The notes beneath the pieces are model-generated. The model was not told the DNA's origin and did not search any database. It saw only the letters and a list, made by a program, of their open reading frames with translations. Positions 10,392 through 20,758 of a stretch of DNA of 64,000 nucleotides are shown in pieces; the stretch's first letter is position 1; each line of letters opens with the position of its first letter. A program made the position numbers and the translations under genes. Source of the stretch: Limnothrix sp. BL-A-16 (GTDB lineage Bacteria; Cyanobacteriota; Cyanobacteriia; CACIAM-69d); assembly GCA_041937175.2 (NCBI GenBank), contig CP166615.1, forward strand, positions 480,001 through 544,000. Direction: 5' to 3'.

Positions 10392-11390
10392 TTAGTCATT
10401 GATAAACATGCTGCTAACTGACGTGTCTTCGTGGATGCGCCAAATGGTTTCGCCCAGCACATTCGCCACCGATAAAACCGTGAGCTGGTCAAAATGGTGG
10501 TGATCCATCATGGGAATCGTGTTGGTGACAATCACCTCTTCAAATAACCCACTGGACAAGCGCTCGATCGCCGGAGGAGACAACACCGCATGGGTGGCAC
10601 AGGCATAAACCTGGCGTGCCCCTTCCCGACGCAGCATCCGGGCCCCTTCCGTGAGCGTGCCGCCTGTGTCGATGATGTCATCTACCAAAACGGCCGTTTT
10701 GCCCTTCACATCACCAATGACGTTCAGCACTTCCGCCACATTGTGCATTTGGCGGCGCTTGTCAATGATCGCCAGGGGCGCATCGTTCAGGCGCTTCGCA
10801 AAGGCCCGGGCCCGCGCCACCCCGCCCACATCGGGCGACACCACGACAATATCCGACAGGTTCTTGCTTTCAAGGTAGTCGATCAGGACTGGCGCACCAA
10901 AAACATGATCGAGCGGAATATCGAAATAGCCTTGGATCTGCGCTGAATGCAAGTCCATGGCCAACACCCGATCGGCTCCGGATTTCACCACCAGGTTCGC
11001 CACCAGCTTGGCCGTAATCGATTCCCGGCCGGCCGTCTTGCGATCGGCCCTGGCGTAGCCGTAGTAGGGAATCACAGCGGTGACTTGGCGCGCCGAAGCC
11101 CGGCGGCAAGCATCCACCATGATCAACAATTCCATTAGATGGTCATTCACAGGGCGACAAACCGGTTGGATCAGATAAACATCACAACCCCGGATTGACT
11201 CCTGAATTTGAACATAAAGCTCACCGTCGGCGAACCGTTTGCGAACCATTGGTCCCAACGGTAACCCCAGGTATGCAGCAACTTCTTCGGCCAAGGCGAC
11301 ATTTGCCGATCCTGAGAAGATGCGAAGTCGGCTCTTTTCCGTCACTTCGCGATGCGAAGTCGGCAGCGGAGAAGTCGCAGAGCAAATCAC
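10392..11390 (-). CDS. prs: Ribose-phosphate pyrophosphokinase
   Basis: FADGELYVQIQESIRG, YGYARADRK, VSPDVGG, LVDDIIDTGGT. Start inferred at GTG 11390; the ORF is open to 11498. Confidence 0.96.
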   Translation of the reverse strand: MICSATSPLPTSHREVTEKSRLRIFSGSANVALAEEVAAYLGLPLGPMVRKRFADGELYVQIQESIRGCDVYLIQPVCRPVNDHLMELLIMVDACRRASARQVTAVIPYYGYARADRKTAGRESITAKLVANLVVKSGADRVLAMDLHSAQIQGYFDIPLDHVFGAPVLIDYLESKNLSDIVVVSPDVGGVARARAFAKRLNDAPLAIIDKRRQMHNVAEVLNVIGDVKGKTAVLVDDIIDTGGTLTEGARMLRREGARQVYACATHAVLSPPAIERLSSGLFEEVIVTNTIPMMDHHHFDQLTVLSVANVLGETIWRIHEDTSVSSMFIND

Positions 11391-12306
11391 GGCAGACCCT
11401 CGAAGCGCGTTCATGGCAATCTTAGCATTTCCTTCCAATTTTCTTTGGATTTGCGTCCCCGCATTCAATGACATGGGTGGTTGTGAGCCGATCGCCAAGG
11501 GTAGTCGCCAAGGCTTGACCAGACGGCTGATCAGGCTCTGTGACGACAGGAATCAGATAACATCCGTGAGCAATTGCTGCTGCAGGAATCTGGTCAGGAA
11601 CAATCAGAGACCTTTGCACGATCGGGCGGCAATTGTGACAGAAAACGGGGGCAGTTTAACGAGTTCAATGGGGCGATCGACCATCCCCTAGCCCGATCGG
11701 CTAGGATGAGTCCCGAGGGTTGCCCAAACGGGCAATTCAACACCCAGCCCAACCCCAGACAGGGACAAGACCCTAACTGGTGGTGCGAGCCACAGCGAGT
11801 TCCGGCCAGTTCCCGAGTCGATCGCCACGGGATAAGCCCAGGCTGCATCTGGCGGCAGATGCAGCTCAACTTGCTACCCCCAAGAAAGCGGCTAGGGACT
11901 CAGCGGAATCGCTAGCCAATGGAGATCCAACCCAATGGATCTTCAACCGACAACCGCCGCCCAGTTTCTTAGGCGGTTGTGCCGGGCGATTGATCGCAGA
12001 CCTGGGATAATCAGGGGAAATGGGGGTTGGGTGACGACGATGCCGCTAATCGCCCCAAGTCTGATCGGTTCATTCAGCCCTATAAATTGGTTTTAGCGCC
12101 GGTTGCGTCTGAACAATCAAAATCACCCGAGTCCTTTAATGGTTCGATCAAACGATTGATCGGTCAAATAGAGCGCTGCAAGTCACGAAATAAATTGGTT
12201 TTTTCTGAATTTTGTCTGAGTTCTGCCTGAGTTTTTGCTCGATCATCGCCTGACTATTGCCTGACTGAATTGCTGTCTCAACTGTTCTTCGATCGCCCCG
12301 AGTCCC

Positions 12307-14244
12307 ATGCAACCGTCCCTGCCCCCCGGAACTGTTCTCCAAAATCGCTATCGCCTTGTGGAAGTGTTGGGACAGGGTGGCTTTGGGCGCACCTACCTGG
12401 CGGAGGATCTGGGTCGATTTGGCGAACGCTGTGCCCTCAAGGAGTTCACACCGCCCGTGGGCGATGCCTACGCCCTCGAAAAATCCAATGAACTGTTCCG
12501 GCGCGAGGCAGCGGTTCTCTACCAAATCAATCATCCTCAAATTCCCAAGTTTCAAGCCACCTTTGAGGCGGAAGGTCGCTTATTTTTGGTGCAGGACTAC
12601 GTACAGGGCAATACCTATCGATCGCTCCTGGATAGCCGCCTGCACCATGGCCAGCTCTTTGCAGAAGGGGAAGTGTTTTACCTCCTGCAACAGTTGCTGC
12701 CCGTGTTGAGTTACCTGCACAATTTGGGGATCATTCACCGGGATATCTCGCCGGAAAACATTATTCTGCGGGAGCACGATCGACTGCCCGTGTTGATTGA
12801 CTTTGGGGCCATCAAAGAAATGGCCACCCGCTTTCAACAACCGGGAGCCACGGCCGTTCAGGCCACCACCGTCGGTAAAAGTGGCTATGCTCCCAGCGAG
12901 CAAATTCAAACGGGCCGCGCTTACCCCAGCAGCGATCTCTATGCCTTGGCAGCCACGGTGTTGGTGTTGCTGACGGGGCGGGAACCCCAGGATTTGCTAG
13001 ACGATCGCACCCTGACCTGGCATTGGGATCAATATGTGCCCCTCACGCCGGCGTTGGGGGATGTGTTGCGGCGGATGCTGGCCTATCAACCCACGGAGCG
13101 CTATCCTTCCGCTTCTTTGGTGCTTCAGGCCTTGCAGGAGGTGACGTTGGAGGCGACGGCTCGCCCCGTGACCCCTCTGCCCTCCACTTCATCCCCAACC
13201 CCGGCCGCTCCGGCTCCAGCCGCTAATCCCACGGGGCCTGTCCCTTCAACCATGGCCACAGTGGTGGTGGGTCGGGCTGCGCCACCCCCGATCGCCCCGC
13301 GATCGCCCGCACCGGCCCCGGCTCCCGGCCCCGATTGGAGCGTGGAACCCCGAGGATCCTTGATGGATAACCCTTGGGCCGTGACGGTGTTGGGCGTGTT
13401 ATTGGTGGTGGGGACGGGAGTGGGTTCCTGGTCGCTGGTGAATCAATTCCTGAGCCGATCGCCCAACAACAGCAACCCCACACCCACCGAGACGGCTTCC
13501 GAAAGTCCGGCGCTGCCTAGCCCATCCCCTACGCCATCCCCCACGCCATCCCCTAGCCCGATCGCCTCGCCTGTGGTCTCCACCCAGCGGTTGAACCTTC
13601 AGCCCGCCGGAGACTTTGAAGATTCCCGCACCCTGGGCGAAAACGAAACCCTGATCTATCGTTTTCAGGCCGGTGCTGAGCAACCCCTCAGCATTTCCGT
13701 GGCAGGCAATAACGTGATTGCGAGTCTCCTGGCTCCCGATGGTGATCCGGCGGATCGATCGAGCCGGGATTTGCGCCAGTGGAGTGGCATCATTGCGGTG
13801 GCCGGTGAATATGCCCTGCAAGTACGCGTGGCCCCCGGCGCTCCTAGGGGCGACTATCGTCTACGTTTACGGCTGGATGCGGCTCCCGCTTCCCCCAGCC
13901 CAGAGCCAAGCCCCACGCCAACGCCCACCCCGACTCCCGCACCGGAGCCAACTCCCAGCCCCAGCCCGGAGCCAACTCGCCAACCCACGTCGCGCAACTT
14001 CCGAGGCGTGACTCAACCCCAGGTTCCCCAAACCTTCGGCTTTGAAGCCCAGGCGGGTCAGCAGATTTCAATCAGCATCCCTTCCGGTTTGCGAGCCACG
14101 GTGTTTGGCCCCAACGGCCCGATTCCAGACATGGAAGGACTGGAAGGATCCGTCAGTTTTGAAGCGCCCGTGGGCGGCAACTACGGTATTGAAGTGTCTT
14201 CGGATTTGGAAATGCCCTTTGAGATCGCCGTGCGGGTTCGGTAG
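12307..14244 (+). CDS. Membrane Ser/Thr protein kinase (Hanks type) with Pro-rich linkers and C-terminal PPC-like domains
   Basis: LGQGGFGRTY, ALKE, HRDISPEN, DFG, SDLYAL; one transmembrane helix; (PS/PT)n linkers. Confidence 0.93.
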   Translation: MQPSLPPGTVLQNRYRLVEVLGQGGFGRTYLAEDLGRFGERCALKEFTPPVGDAYALEKSNELFRREAAVLYQINHPQIPKFQATFEAEGRLFLVQDYVQGNTYRSLLDSRLHHGQLFAEGEVFYLLQQLLPVLSYLHNLGIIHRDISPENIILREHDRLPVLIDFGAIKEMATRFQQPGATAVQATTVGKSGYAPSEQIQTGRAYPSSDLYALAATVLVLLTGREPQDLLDDRTLTWHWDQYVPLTPALGDVLRRMLAYQPTERYPSASLVLQALQEVTLEATARPVTPLPSTSSPTPAAPAPAANPTGPVPSTMATVVVGRAAPPPIAPRSPAPAPAPGPDWSVEPRGSLMDNPWAVTVLGVLLVVGTGVGSWSLVNQFLSRSPNNSNPTPTETASESPALPSPSPTPSPTPSPSPIASPVVSTQRLNLQPAGDFEDSRTLGENETLIYRFQAGAEQPLSISVAGNNVIASLLAPDGDPADRSSRDLRQWSGIIAVAGEYALQVRVAPGAPRGDYRLRLRLDAAPASPSPEPSPTPTPTPTPAPEPTPSPSPEPTRQPTSRNFRGVTQPQVPQTFGFEAQAGQQISISIPSGLRATVFGPNGPIPDMEGLEGSVSFEAPVGGNYGIEVSSDLEMPFEIAVRVR

Positions 14245-14304
14245 AAACCTGGAGGCAAGCAGCAGAATGGCGATCGGCCTGAGACTGCTGAAGCATATTG
14301 AAGC

Positions 14305-15036
14305 GTGCTGAACAACAGGAGAATGGGGATGGGCGAAGGACGACCGCAACAACTGGCGATCGCGGGGAGCGATACGGAAGTGGGCAAAACGGTCTTTGTG
14401 CTGGCACTGGCGGCCTATTGGCAACAGCATTGTCAGAAACAAGGGGCCTTGGGCCTGCTAAAGCCGGTGCAGTCTGGGGAGGGCGATCGGGAAATTTATG
14501 GGGAACTGTTTGCGGACTTGAACCAAAGCCCCGAATCCTTTAATCCCATTCGGCTTCAGGCTCCCTTGGCTCCCCCAATTGCGGCGGAACGTGAAGGCAA
14601 AACGATCGACCTGGCCTTGGCCTGGCAAGCTTTGCAAACCCTCCAGCGCGATCGCTCCTTCATTTTGATCGAAGGGGCCGGGGGCTTGGGGTCGCCGGTC
14701 ACTTGGGAGTTGACCTTTGCGGATGTGGTGGCCGCTTGGCGGTTGCCGTTGGTGTTGGTAGTGCCGGTCAAGTTGGGGGCGATCGCCCAAACGGTGGCGA
14801 ATGTGGCCCTGGCTCGCCAATACCAAATTCCGCTGCGGGGCATTGTGCTGAATGAAGTGACGGCCGTGAGCGTGGCCGATCGAGAAGCTTTGGCCCCCAT
14901 CGGTCTGATTGAAAGCCTGACCCATGTGCCCGTGCTGGGCTATTTACCCCACGTGGACAATTGGCGCGATCGCGCGGCCCTGGCTGCTGCTGCGGCGCAC
15001 CTGAACCTGGAGCCATTAGGCATCAGTCCCTACTGA
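14305..15036 (+). CDS. bioD: Dethiobiotin synthase
   Basis: GSDTEVGKT P-loop, KPVQSG, IEGAGGL, KLGAI. Start uncertain. Confidence 0.93.
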   Translation: MLNNRRMGMGEGRPQQLAIAGSDTEVGKTVFVLALAAYWQQHCQKQGALGLLKPVQSGEGDREIYGELFADLNQSPESFNPIRLQAPLAPPIAAEREGKTIDLALAWQALQTLQRDRSFILIEGAGGLGSPVTWELTFADVVAAWRLPLVLVVPVKLGAIAQTVANVALARQYQIPLRGIVLNEVTAVSVADREALAPIGLIESLTHVPVLGYLPHVDNWRDRAALAAAAAHLNLEPLGISPY

Positions 15037-15049
15037 AGTGGCTGATCAA

Positions 15050-17017
15050 TCAGGCAGAAGTGGCGGCGCTGGCGATGTCTCGGGTGATGGGCAATTTAAT
15101 TTCAAAGGTTGTGCCGTGGTGGGGAATCGATCGACAGTCGATCGAGCCGTAGTGGCGCTCCACAATAATTTGATAGGCGATCGCCATGCCCAATCCGGTG
15201 CCTTTGCCAACGGGCTTGGTGGTATAGAACGGGTCAAATAATTTGGCACGAGTCGCATCATTCATGCCAATGCCATTGTCAGTAATTTCGATTTTGACCC
15301 AAGACAAATTGAGGGTTTGGGTTGTGATGGTAATGGTGGGCAATTCTTGGGCCGGCGGCGCTGCTTGCCACCGTTCCTCGATCGCATCAATGGCATTGAC
15401 CAGCAGGTTAATTAAAACCTGATCAATTTGTCCAATGGTGCAATCAACGGCAGGTAAAGAGCCGCTTTGGCGAATGATATTGAGATCGGGTTTTAGCTCC
15501 TGAATTCGATGACTCAAGATCATCAACACCCGATCGATGGACTCGTGAAGGCTGGCCGGTTCCTTGGCTTCGGTGGTGACGTGGGAATAGATTCGGAGGG
15601 ATTTTACAATTTCCCGAATGCGATTGGTTCCCACGCGCATGGAGGTGAGCAGCTTGGGAAAATCATCGGCAATGTAATCTAAATCAAGGGTCTCGGGATG
15701 GGCGATCGGGACGAAATGAGGAGTTTTGGCATATTGCTGGTTGTGGCGATCGATGGTGTCTTGGTAAGCAATCACGGCTTCTAAAAGTTCCGTGGCATAT
15801 TCTGAAGCGTGATGCAAATTACCATGTACGAAGCTCACGGGATTGTTGATTTCGTGGGCGATTCCGGCCACCAATTGCCCCAAGCTTGATAGTTTTTCGC
15901 TTTGAATCAGGTGTGTTTGGGCTTCTTGCAGTTCTTGAAGGGCCGTTTCTAAATCTTCAGTGCGATCTTGCAGGGCCAGGCGAGATTCCTGAAGCTGTTG
16001 GTTGCTGTAAATCACTTGGTTAAGGAGCGATTCTTGCACCACGACTCGCCGAATATTGTTGAAAAGATAGGCGGCAATGCTGGCGGTGAGGCTTAGTCCC
16101 ACGAGAAAGGCTGCAATGCTATTGGGAAATAGAAAGGGCGAAAAAATTTGATGGGGCAACACGAGCAGGGACATTTCCCGATCGCCCACGTTAATGGATT
16201 GGGTGCAAATGTCCCAAGGGCCTTTCCAAGGACAACGCAAGGCCTGCTGGGCCCCAACAGTCCAAGGGGCTGTACTGGCGATCGGGAGGATGCGATCGAA
16301 GCTACTGGGGTTGGCTAACTGGGATTGCAAATAATCCACCGGGCGATCGAACAGGAAAATATCCAAATCCAACACGCCCGTCTGTCCACGGGTTAGGTGG
16401 AGCGATCGGGTAATTTCCGTTTGGGTCACAAACCAGCCCTGGTCGGTTCCCTGCACCGTCAGCAGCCGAGGATCTGGATTGGACACAATCATCGTTAGGG
16501 GCCGCTGAAAGGACTGGGCCCGCTTCAGCCAACTGTTGAGGGCTGGGGGGATTGTTGTTCGCTGACCGGATTGCCGACCGCTAAGGGACTGGATACCTTG
16601 CCCCAGTTGAAATTGAACATAGGGCCCCGTTTGGGGATCAGCCTGAATCCAGGCCGTATCGGCCGTGTTGGCCACGTCGGACAGGAGGTTTTGGCTGATG
16701 GATTGAAATTCGGCGGCCGAGGCGGGGCGACGGCGATCGAACATCAAGGCCCCGGCGCGGGTGGTGCGGGTAATTTGTTCTAAATCATCACGAAGATTGT
16801 TACCCAATTGTTGGGTTTGCTGTTGCAGTTGGGCGCGGGCTTGGGCCAAGTCCCGATCGGCCGCCCAGTTGGCCGCCCAGGCCGACAGTCCCACTCCCAC
16901 CAACAAAGCAATGGCAACGGGCCCATAACGACGATAGGGAACAGGCGTTAGCGATGGGGCGGGGGGTGGGGGTGGCGCAGATCCCGGCCGATCGGTTCGA
17001 CGAGCAGCGACAGGCAT
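15050..17017 (-). CDS. Membrane sensor histidine kinase with CHASE-like periplasmic domain
   Basis: Two transmembrane helices; QSEKLSSLGQLVAGIAHEINNP H-box; NLLVNAIDA, DNGIG, TTKPVGKGTGLG. Start inferred at ATG 17017; the ORF is open to 17320. Confidence 0.9.
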   Translation of the reverse strand: MPVAARRTDRPGSAPPPPPAPSLTPVPYRRYGPVAIALLVGVGLSAWAANWAADRDLAQARAQLQQQTQQLGNNLRDDLEQITRTTRAGALMFDRRRPASAAEFQSISQNLLSDVANTADTAWIQADPQTGPYVQFQLGQGIQSLSGRQSGQRTTIPPALNSWLKRAQSFQRPLTMIVSNPDPRLLTVQGTDQGWFVTQTEITRSLHLTRGQTGVLDLDIFLFDRPVDYLQSQLANPSSFDRILPIASTAPWTVGAQQALRCPWKGPWDICTQSINVGDREMSLLVLPHQIFSPFLFPNSIAAFLVGLSLTASIAAYLFNNIRRVVVQESLLNQVIYSNQQLQESRLALQDRTEDLETALQELQEAQTHLIQSEKLSSLGQLVAGIAHEINNPVSFVHGNLHHASEYATELLEAVIAYQDTIDRHNQQYAKTPHFVPIAHPETLDLDYIADDFPKLLTSMRVGTNRIREIVKSLRIYSHVTTEAKEPASLHESIDRVLMILSHRIQELKPDLNIIRQSGSLPAVDCTIGQIDQVLINLLVNAIDAIEERWQAAPPAQELPTITITTQTLNLSWVKIEITDNGIGMNDATRAKLFDPFYTTKPVGKGTGLGMAIAYQIIVERHYGSIDCRSIPHHGTTFEIKLPITRDIASAATSA

Positions 17018-17430
17018 GATTAAGCAAGAGGGTGTCAAGGGAGTGGTGTTGAGGTGGGTGTTGAGGTGGGTATTTTGAAACGGGAGATGGGCTGGAGTAA
17101 CGGTCAACCATTCGGTGGCTGGTGTGGGCCCATGGCTCCAGCGATCGATTGGCTCCGAGGTGGAAGGAGCGGGGGTTGGACGGAGGTGGAACAGCCTCCA
17201 GAAACACTCTGGCCAGCGCGTGGCACTTGACGGTAACTTCTTCACGATCAAAAACTTGCTGATTGGATCCATCCCGATAGGGGACGATCGCGGGTGGGGG
17301 GTAGTGGGGCCAACGGTCAAAAATTGGCGATGGGGCCATGGTTTGGGGGCAACGAATCAGGTCACCGCCCCGAGAGCCAGTGAGTGACCCGCTGGCGGCT
17401 GTAGCGATTGACACCCTGACCTTCATCCTA

Positions 17431-17449
17431 ATTGAGAATAAGTTTTAAT
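17431..17449. promoter_or_regulatory. Possible Fur-box-like operator in a divergent promoter region
   Basis: ATTGAGAAT-A-AGTTTTAAT, an imperfect AT-rich palindrome resembling the TGATAAT-N-ATTATCA pattern. Confidence 0.3.
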
Positions 17450-17711
17450 AAATAATTGACTTGATTACAATTTTCAAATTTCAGATGCCGAATTCATAAG
17501 CACAGCGTAATTCTGTGCTGAGTTTTAATCGCGTTTAATGGCAAGAAGCGTGCTCCGCTGCCCGATCGCTTGCCAGGGCTGCCTCCTCTGGCTCAAGATG
17601 GGCCTAGTTTCGACTCTTCAACTGGTTTGATGGTTGGTGTGGATCAGCCTGGTTTTGGTTGATCAGCTTCTTGGATATTGCTCTCGTTATCAGCATTTGC
17701 GCCCTGCCCCT

Positions 17712-18395
17712 ATGGCTGCCGGATTGGTTCACGATCGAATCACGATCAACACGGCCGGGATTTGGTTCTTGGCGGCATTGGGGGTGACGGCGGATCTGGG
17801 GCTGGCCGCTGCGAGTGCGATCGGCTGTGTGGTGGGCGGCTACTGGCTCAGTCCAGATCTCGATATTCGATCGCACCCATTCCAGCGCTGGGGCCCCCTA
17901 CGCATCATTTGGATTCCTTACCAAAAACTGATTCGCCACCGCTCCACCTGGTCCCATGGGCCGCTGATTGGCACGACCTTGCGGGTGTTGTATTTGGCGA
18001 TCGCCCTGGGGATGGGATGGTTGCTGATGTTGGGATTGGCGGTGATCGGGTTTTCCCTGTGGGGCGGGGCTGATCGCTATGCCAACTTTGAGGCGGCCAC
18101 CTTGGCCCAAACCCGGGCGATCGGCCAATGGCTGTGGGTTGATCAATTCCCGTTTTTGGTGGCGGGGTTTGTGGGGCTGGAGGTGGGGGCCCTGTCGCAT
18201 ATCGTGACGGATCATCTCAGCTCTTGGCAAAAGCGACGCGCCCGCCGGGCCAAGCGATCGACCACCCGCAGCCGATCGCCCGGTGCTCGAACCTCATCCC
18301 GCAAACCGGCCCGCAACCGTCGATTGCGCAGTGGTCAAGCCCGCAACCCTCAACCTAAGCAGACTAAACGAGCAAAAAACCGGTCAAACTCATAG
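17712..18395 (+). CDS. Putative metal-binding membrane protein (DUF2227-like)
   Basis: HDRIT, LSPDLD, WGPLRIIWIPY, HRSTWSHGPLIGT, SHIVTD; basic tail. Start at ATG 17712. Confidence 0.82.
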   Translation: MAAGLVHDRITINTAGIWFLAALGVTADLGLAAASAIGCVVGGYWLSPDLDIRSHPFQRWGPLRIIWIPYQKLIRHRSTWSHGPLIGTTLRVLYLAIALGMGWLLMLGLAVIGFSLWGGADRYANFEAATLAQTRAIGQWLWVDQFPFLVAGFVGLEVGALSHIVTDHLSSWQKRRARRAKRSTTRSRSPGARTSSRKPARNRRLRSGQARNPQPKQTKRAKNRSNS

Positions 18396-19637
18396 CCAGC
18401 GGCGACGCAAGAAATCCAACGCGGTGCAGGCGCTGACGTGGCGGATCCATTCCCGATCGCGCTGGAGCCCGAGGCGCATTTCATGGGTGGTGACCCCATC
18501 GGGGCCAGCAATGCCCGCATAGACCAGACCCACCGGCTTGGCCTCGCTGCCACCGCCGGGCCCGGCCACCCCGGTGATGCTGATGGCCCAAGTGCTGCCG
18601 AGCCGATCGCGTGCCCCGATCGCCATTTCCTTAGCCGTTTCATGGCTGACGGCTCCGAAGCGATCTAATGTTTCCGCCGAAACCCCCAACAGGGCTGTTT
18701 TGATCCGGTTGTCGTAGGCAATGATGCCACCGAGAAAATAGGCGGAACTGCCCGCCACCGCCGTCAGCAACTGTCCCAAACCGCCACCTGTGCAGGACTC
18801 CGCCACCGCTAGGGTTTCGCCTCGATCTTGGAGCGATCGACCCACCACGATCGGCAATGTGTCCTCATCCAAGCCATAGCAATCGGGCCCCACCCGATCG
18901 CGAATTTGCGCCACCATCGGCTCAATTTTGGCCAGGGCTTCGGTTGCCGTTGCCCCACAGGCCGACACCCGCAACTTCACCGATCCTCGGTTGGCGTAGG
19001 GGGCCACCGTCGGATCCGAACTGGCTAAATAGTCCGCCACCCGTTCCGCCAGGGCCGATTCGGAAATGCCCCAAAACTTCAGGGTTTGCGAGACGATCGT
19101 TTGGCGCGACCACCCGTGATCTCGCAGGTAAGGCACGGCCACTTCCGCCCACATGGTGCGCATTTCGCTGGGCACACCGGGAAAGGTCATCAACAACAAC
19201 TCCGGAACCGGTTGCCAAATCATGCCCGGAGCCGTGCCCACCCGGTTGGTCAAAATGGCTGCCCCAGCCGGCAACAGGGCCTGCTTGCGATTACTGGGAA
19301 CCATGGTGCGGCCGCGCTGGGCAAATTTCTGTTCAATGTCGGCAATGACGGCCGGATGTTCCACCAGGGGCGCATCAAAAAACTGGGCGATCGTTTCGGT
19401 GGTTAAGTCATCGGGCGTGGGGCCCAGGCCGCCCGTAAACAGCAAAATGCGCGATCGTTGGCAAGCGGTGGCGATCGCCCGTTGCAGTCGTTGGGGATTG
19501 TCGCCAACCACCGTTTGGTAATAGTGGGGAATGCCCAATGCCGCCAGTTGTTGTGCCAAAAACTGAGCATTACCATTGAGAATGTCGCCAAGCAACAGCT
19601 CAGTGCCGACACAAATAATTTCAGCGCTGGGGGTCAT
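18390..19637 (-). CDS. cinA: Competence/damage-inducible protein A (MoCF + PncC domains)
   Basis: AEIICVGTELLLG, TGGLGPTPDDLT, AVAESCTGG, ITGVAGPGGG. Confidence 0.96.
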   Translation of the reverse strand: MTPSAEIICVGTELLLGDILNGNAQFLAQQLAALGIPHYYQTVVGDNPQRLQRAIATACQRSRILLFTGGLGPTPDDLTTETIAQFFDAPLVEHPAVIADIEQKFAQRGRTMVPSNRKQALLPAGAAILTNRVGTAPGMIWQPVPELLLMTFPGVPSEMRTMWAEVAVPYLRDHGWSRQTIVSQTLKFWGISESALAERVADYLASSDPTVAPYANRGSVKLRVSACGATATEALAKIEPMVAQIRDRVGPDCYGLDEDTLPIVVGRSLQDRGETLAVAESCTGGGLGQLLTAVAGSSAYFLGGIIAYDNRIKTALLGVSAETLDRFGAVSHETAKEMAIGARDRLGSTWAISITGVAGPGGGSEAKPVGLVYAGIAGPDGVTTHEMRLGLQRDREWIRHVSACTALDFLRRRWL

Positions 19638-19787
19638 TGTGCCAAGCTCCGCACAGGATCAAACGAGGATCACCGAACCATTCAACCATCAAGGCGACAC
19701 TGATCAAGCCCAACTGATCAGACCTAATTGATTAGGCCCATCAGTCAATCATCATCATCTCGGATTTTGCCCTTAACGGATCGTGGA

Positions 19788-19832
19788 ACAAGGGGTAGGA
19801 CAAGGGGTAGGACAAGGGGTAGGACAAGGGGT
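19788..19832 (+). repeat. Tandem 12-bp repeat (ACAAGGGGTAGG) x3.75
   Basis: Exact copies at 19788, 19800 and 19812, plus a partial copy at 19824. Confidence 0.9.
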
Positions 19833-19833
19833 T

Positions 19834-19980
19834 TAGGGCCTGTCGTCGTTGAGCACGAAACCCTAGATCTGCCGTTAGCGGATCGTGGGGGACAAGATGC
19901 TCAAGCCCCTTGTTGCGACGACTAGGGCATGGAAGATCAACTGTTTCAGCATCACCTCGAAATAATGACGACAGGCCCTA
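19834..19980. mobile_element. MITE-like element, copy A (147 bp) with internal 20-bp core
   Basis: Perfect 14-bp terminal inverted repeats TAGGGCCTGTCGTC/GACGACAGGCCCTA; no ORF; core CAAGATGCTCAAGCCCCTTG at 19893-19912; homologous to 62685-62830. Confidence 0.8.
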
Positions 19981-20382
19981 AACCCCTTGCCTGATCATGG
20001 GCCTGATCACGATTGAAGCAAGACGGTCAAATGCTTTGGCCCTCGGCGTTGCTCTCAAACTTTCGCCTTAATTGATTGCGAACGGATCGCGTGAAGGACT
20101 AATTCTCAGTCTAAGCTTGATTAGCCCTAAATCAATAGGGACAAATCGGTTCCATTGTAGCGTTGAAATTTTCAGGCTCCAAGCCATTTCAAGCCGCTGT
20201 TTTCGCGATTTTTTCGCGGTTTCATCTTAAATGAGAAATTGAGGATCCCTCGATCGATCTTGACCAACTTGGCCAAAAGATGAGGTTACGATCGGCTGAG
20301 TTTGCTTGAGACTTGTGATCACGAATCATTGCGATCATTGCGATTTTCTCGAAATAATTACCCCTGCCCAAGGAGGAGAGCC

Positions 20383-20703
20383 ATGGCGACATCGAAAGAA
20401 TTCACGAGTTTTGATGCCATGATTCGGGAAGCTGAAAAACCCGTTCTTGTGGACTTTTATGCCACTTGGTGTGGCCCTTGCCAACTGTTGTCGCCAGTGT
20501 TGGAGGAGGTGAGTGTGCGGCTGCATGATCACCTGCAAGTGGTGAAGATTGATGCCGATCGCTACCCGGATTTGGCAACTCAACACCAGGTGACAGCCCT
20601 GCCGACGCTGATTTTGTTTAAGGGCGGCCAAGCGATCGATCGAATCGAAGGGTTTATGAAGGCGGAGCATCTCATCGCCCACCTAGAGCGCAAATTGAGT
20701 TAA
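20383..20703 (+). CDS. trxA: Thioredoxin (probably y-type)
   Basis: VLVDFYATWCGPC active site; AGGAGG RBS at 20371-20376 before ATG 20383. Confidence 0.93.
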   Translation: MATSKEFTSFDAMIREAEKPVLVDFYATWCGPCQLLSPVLEEVSVRLHDHLQVVKIDADRYPDLATQHQVTALPTLILFKGGQAIDRIEGFMKAEHLIAHLERKLS

Positions 20704-20758
20704 AGGGGACAATATCCAACGAACCAATAACGGTTTGTTGTGGGATGGGCTGCGATCG

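Noticed and set aside
19788..19990. Possible CRISPR array from the recurring CAAGGGG repeats
   Set aside because: The units are contiguous 12-mers or inverted repeats with no unique spacers, and there are no cas genes.
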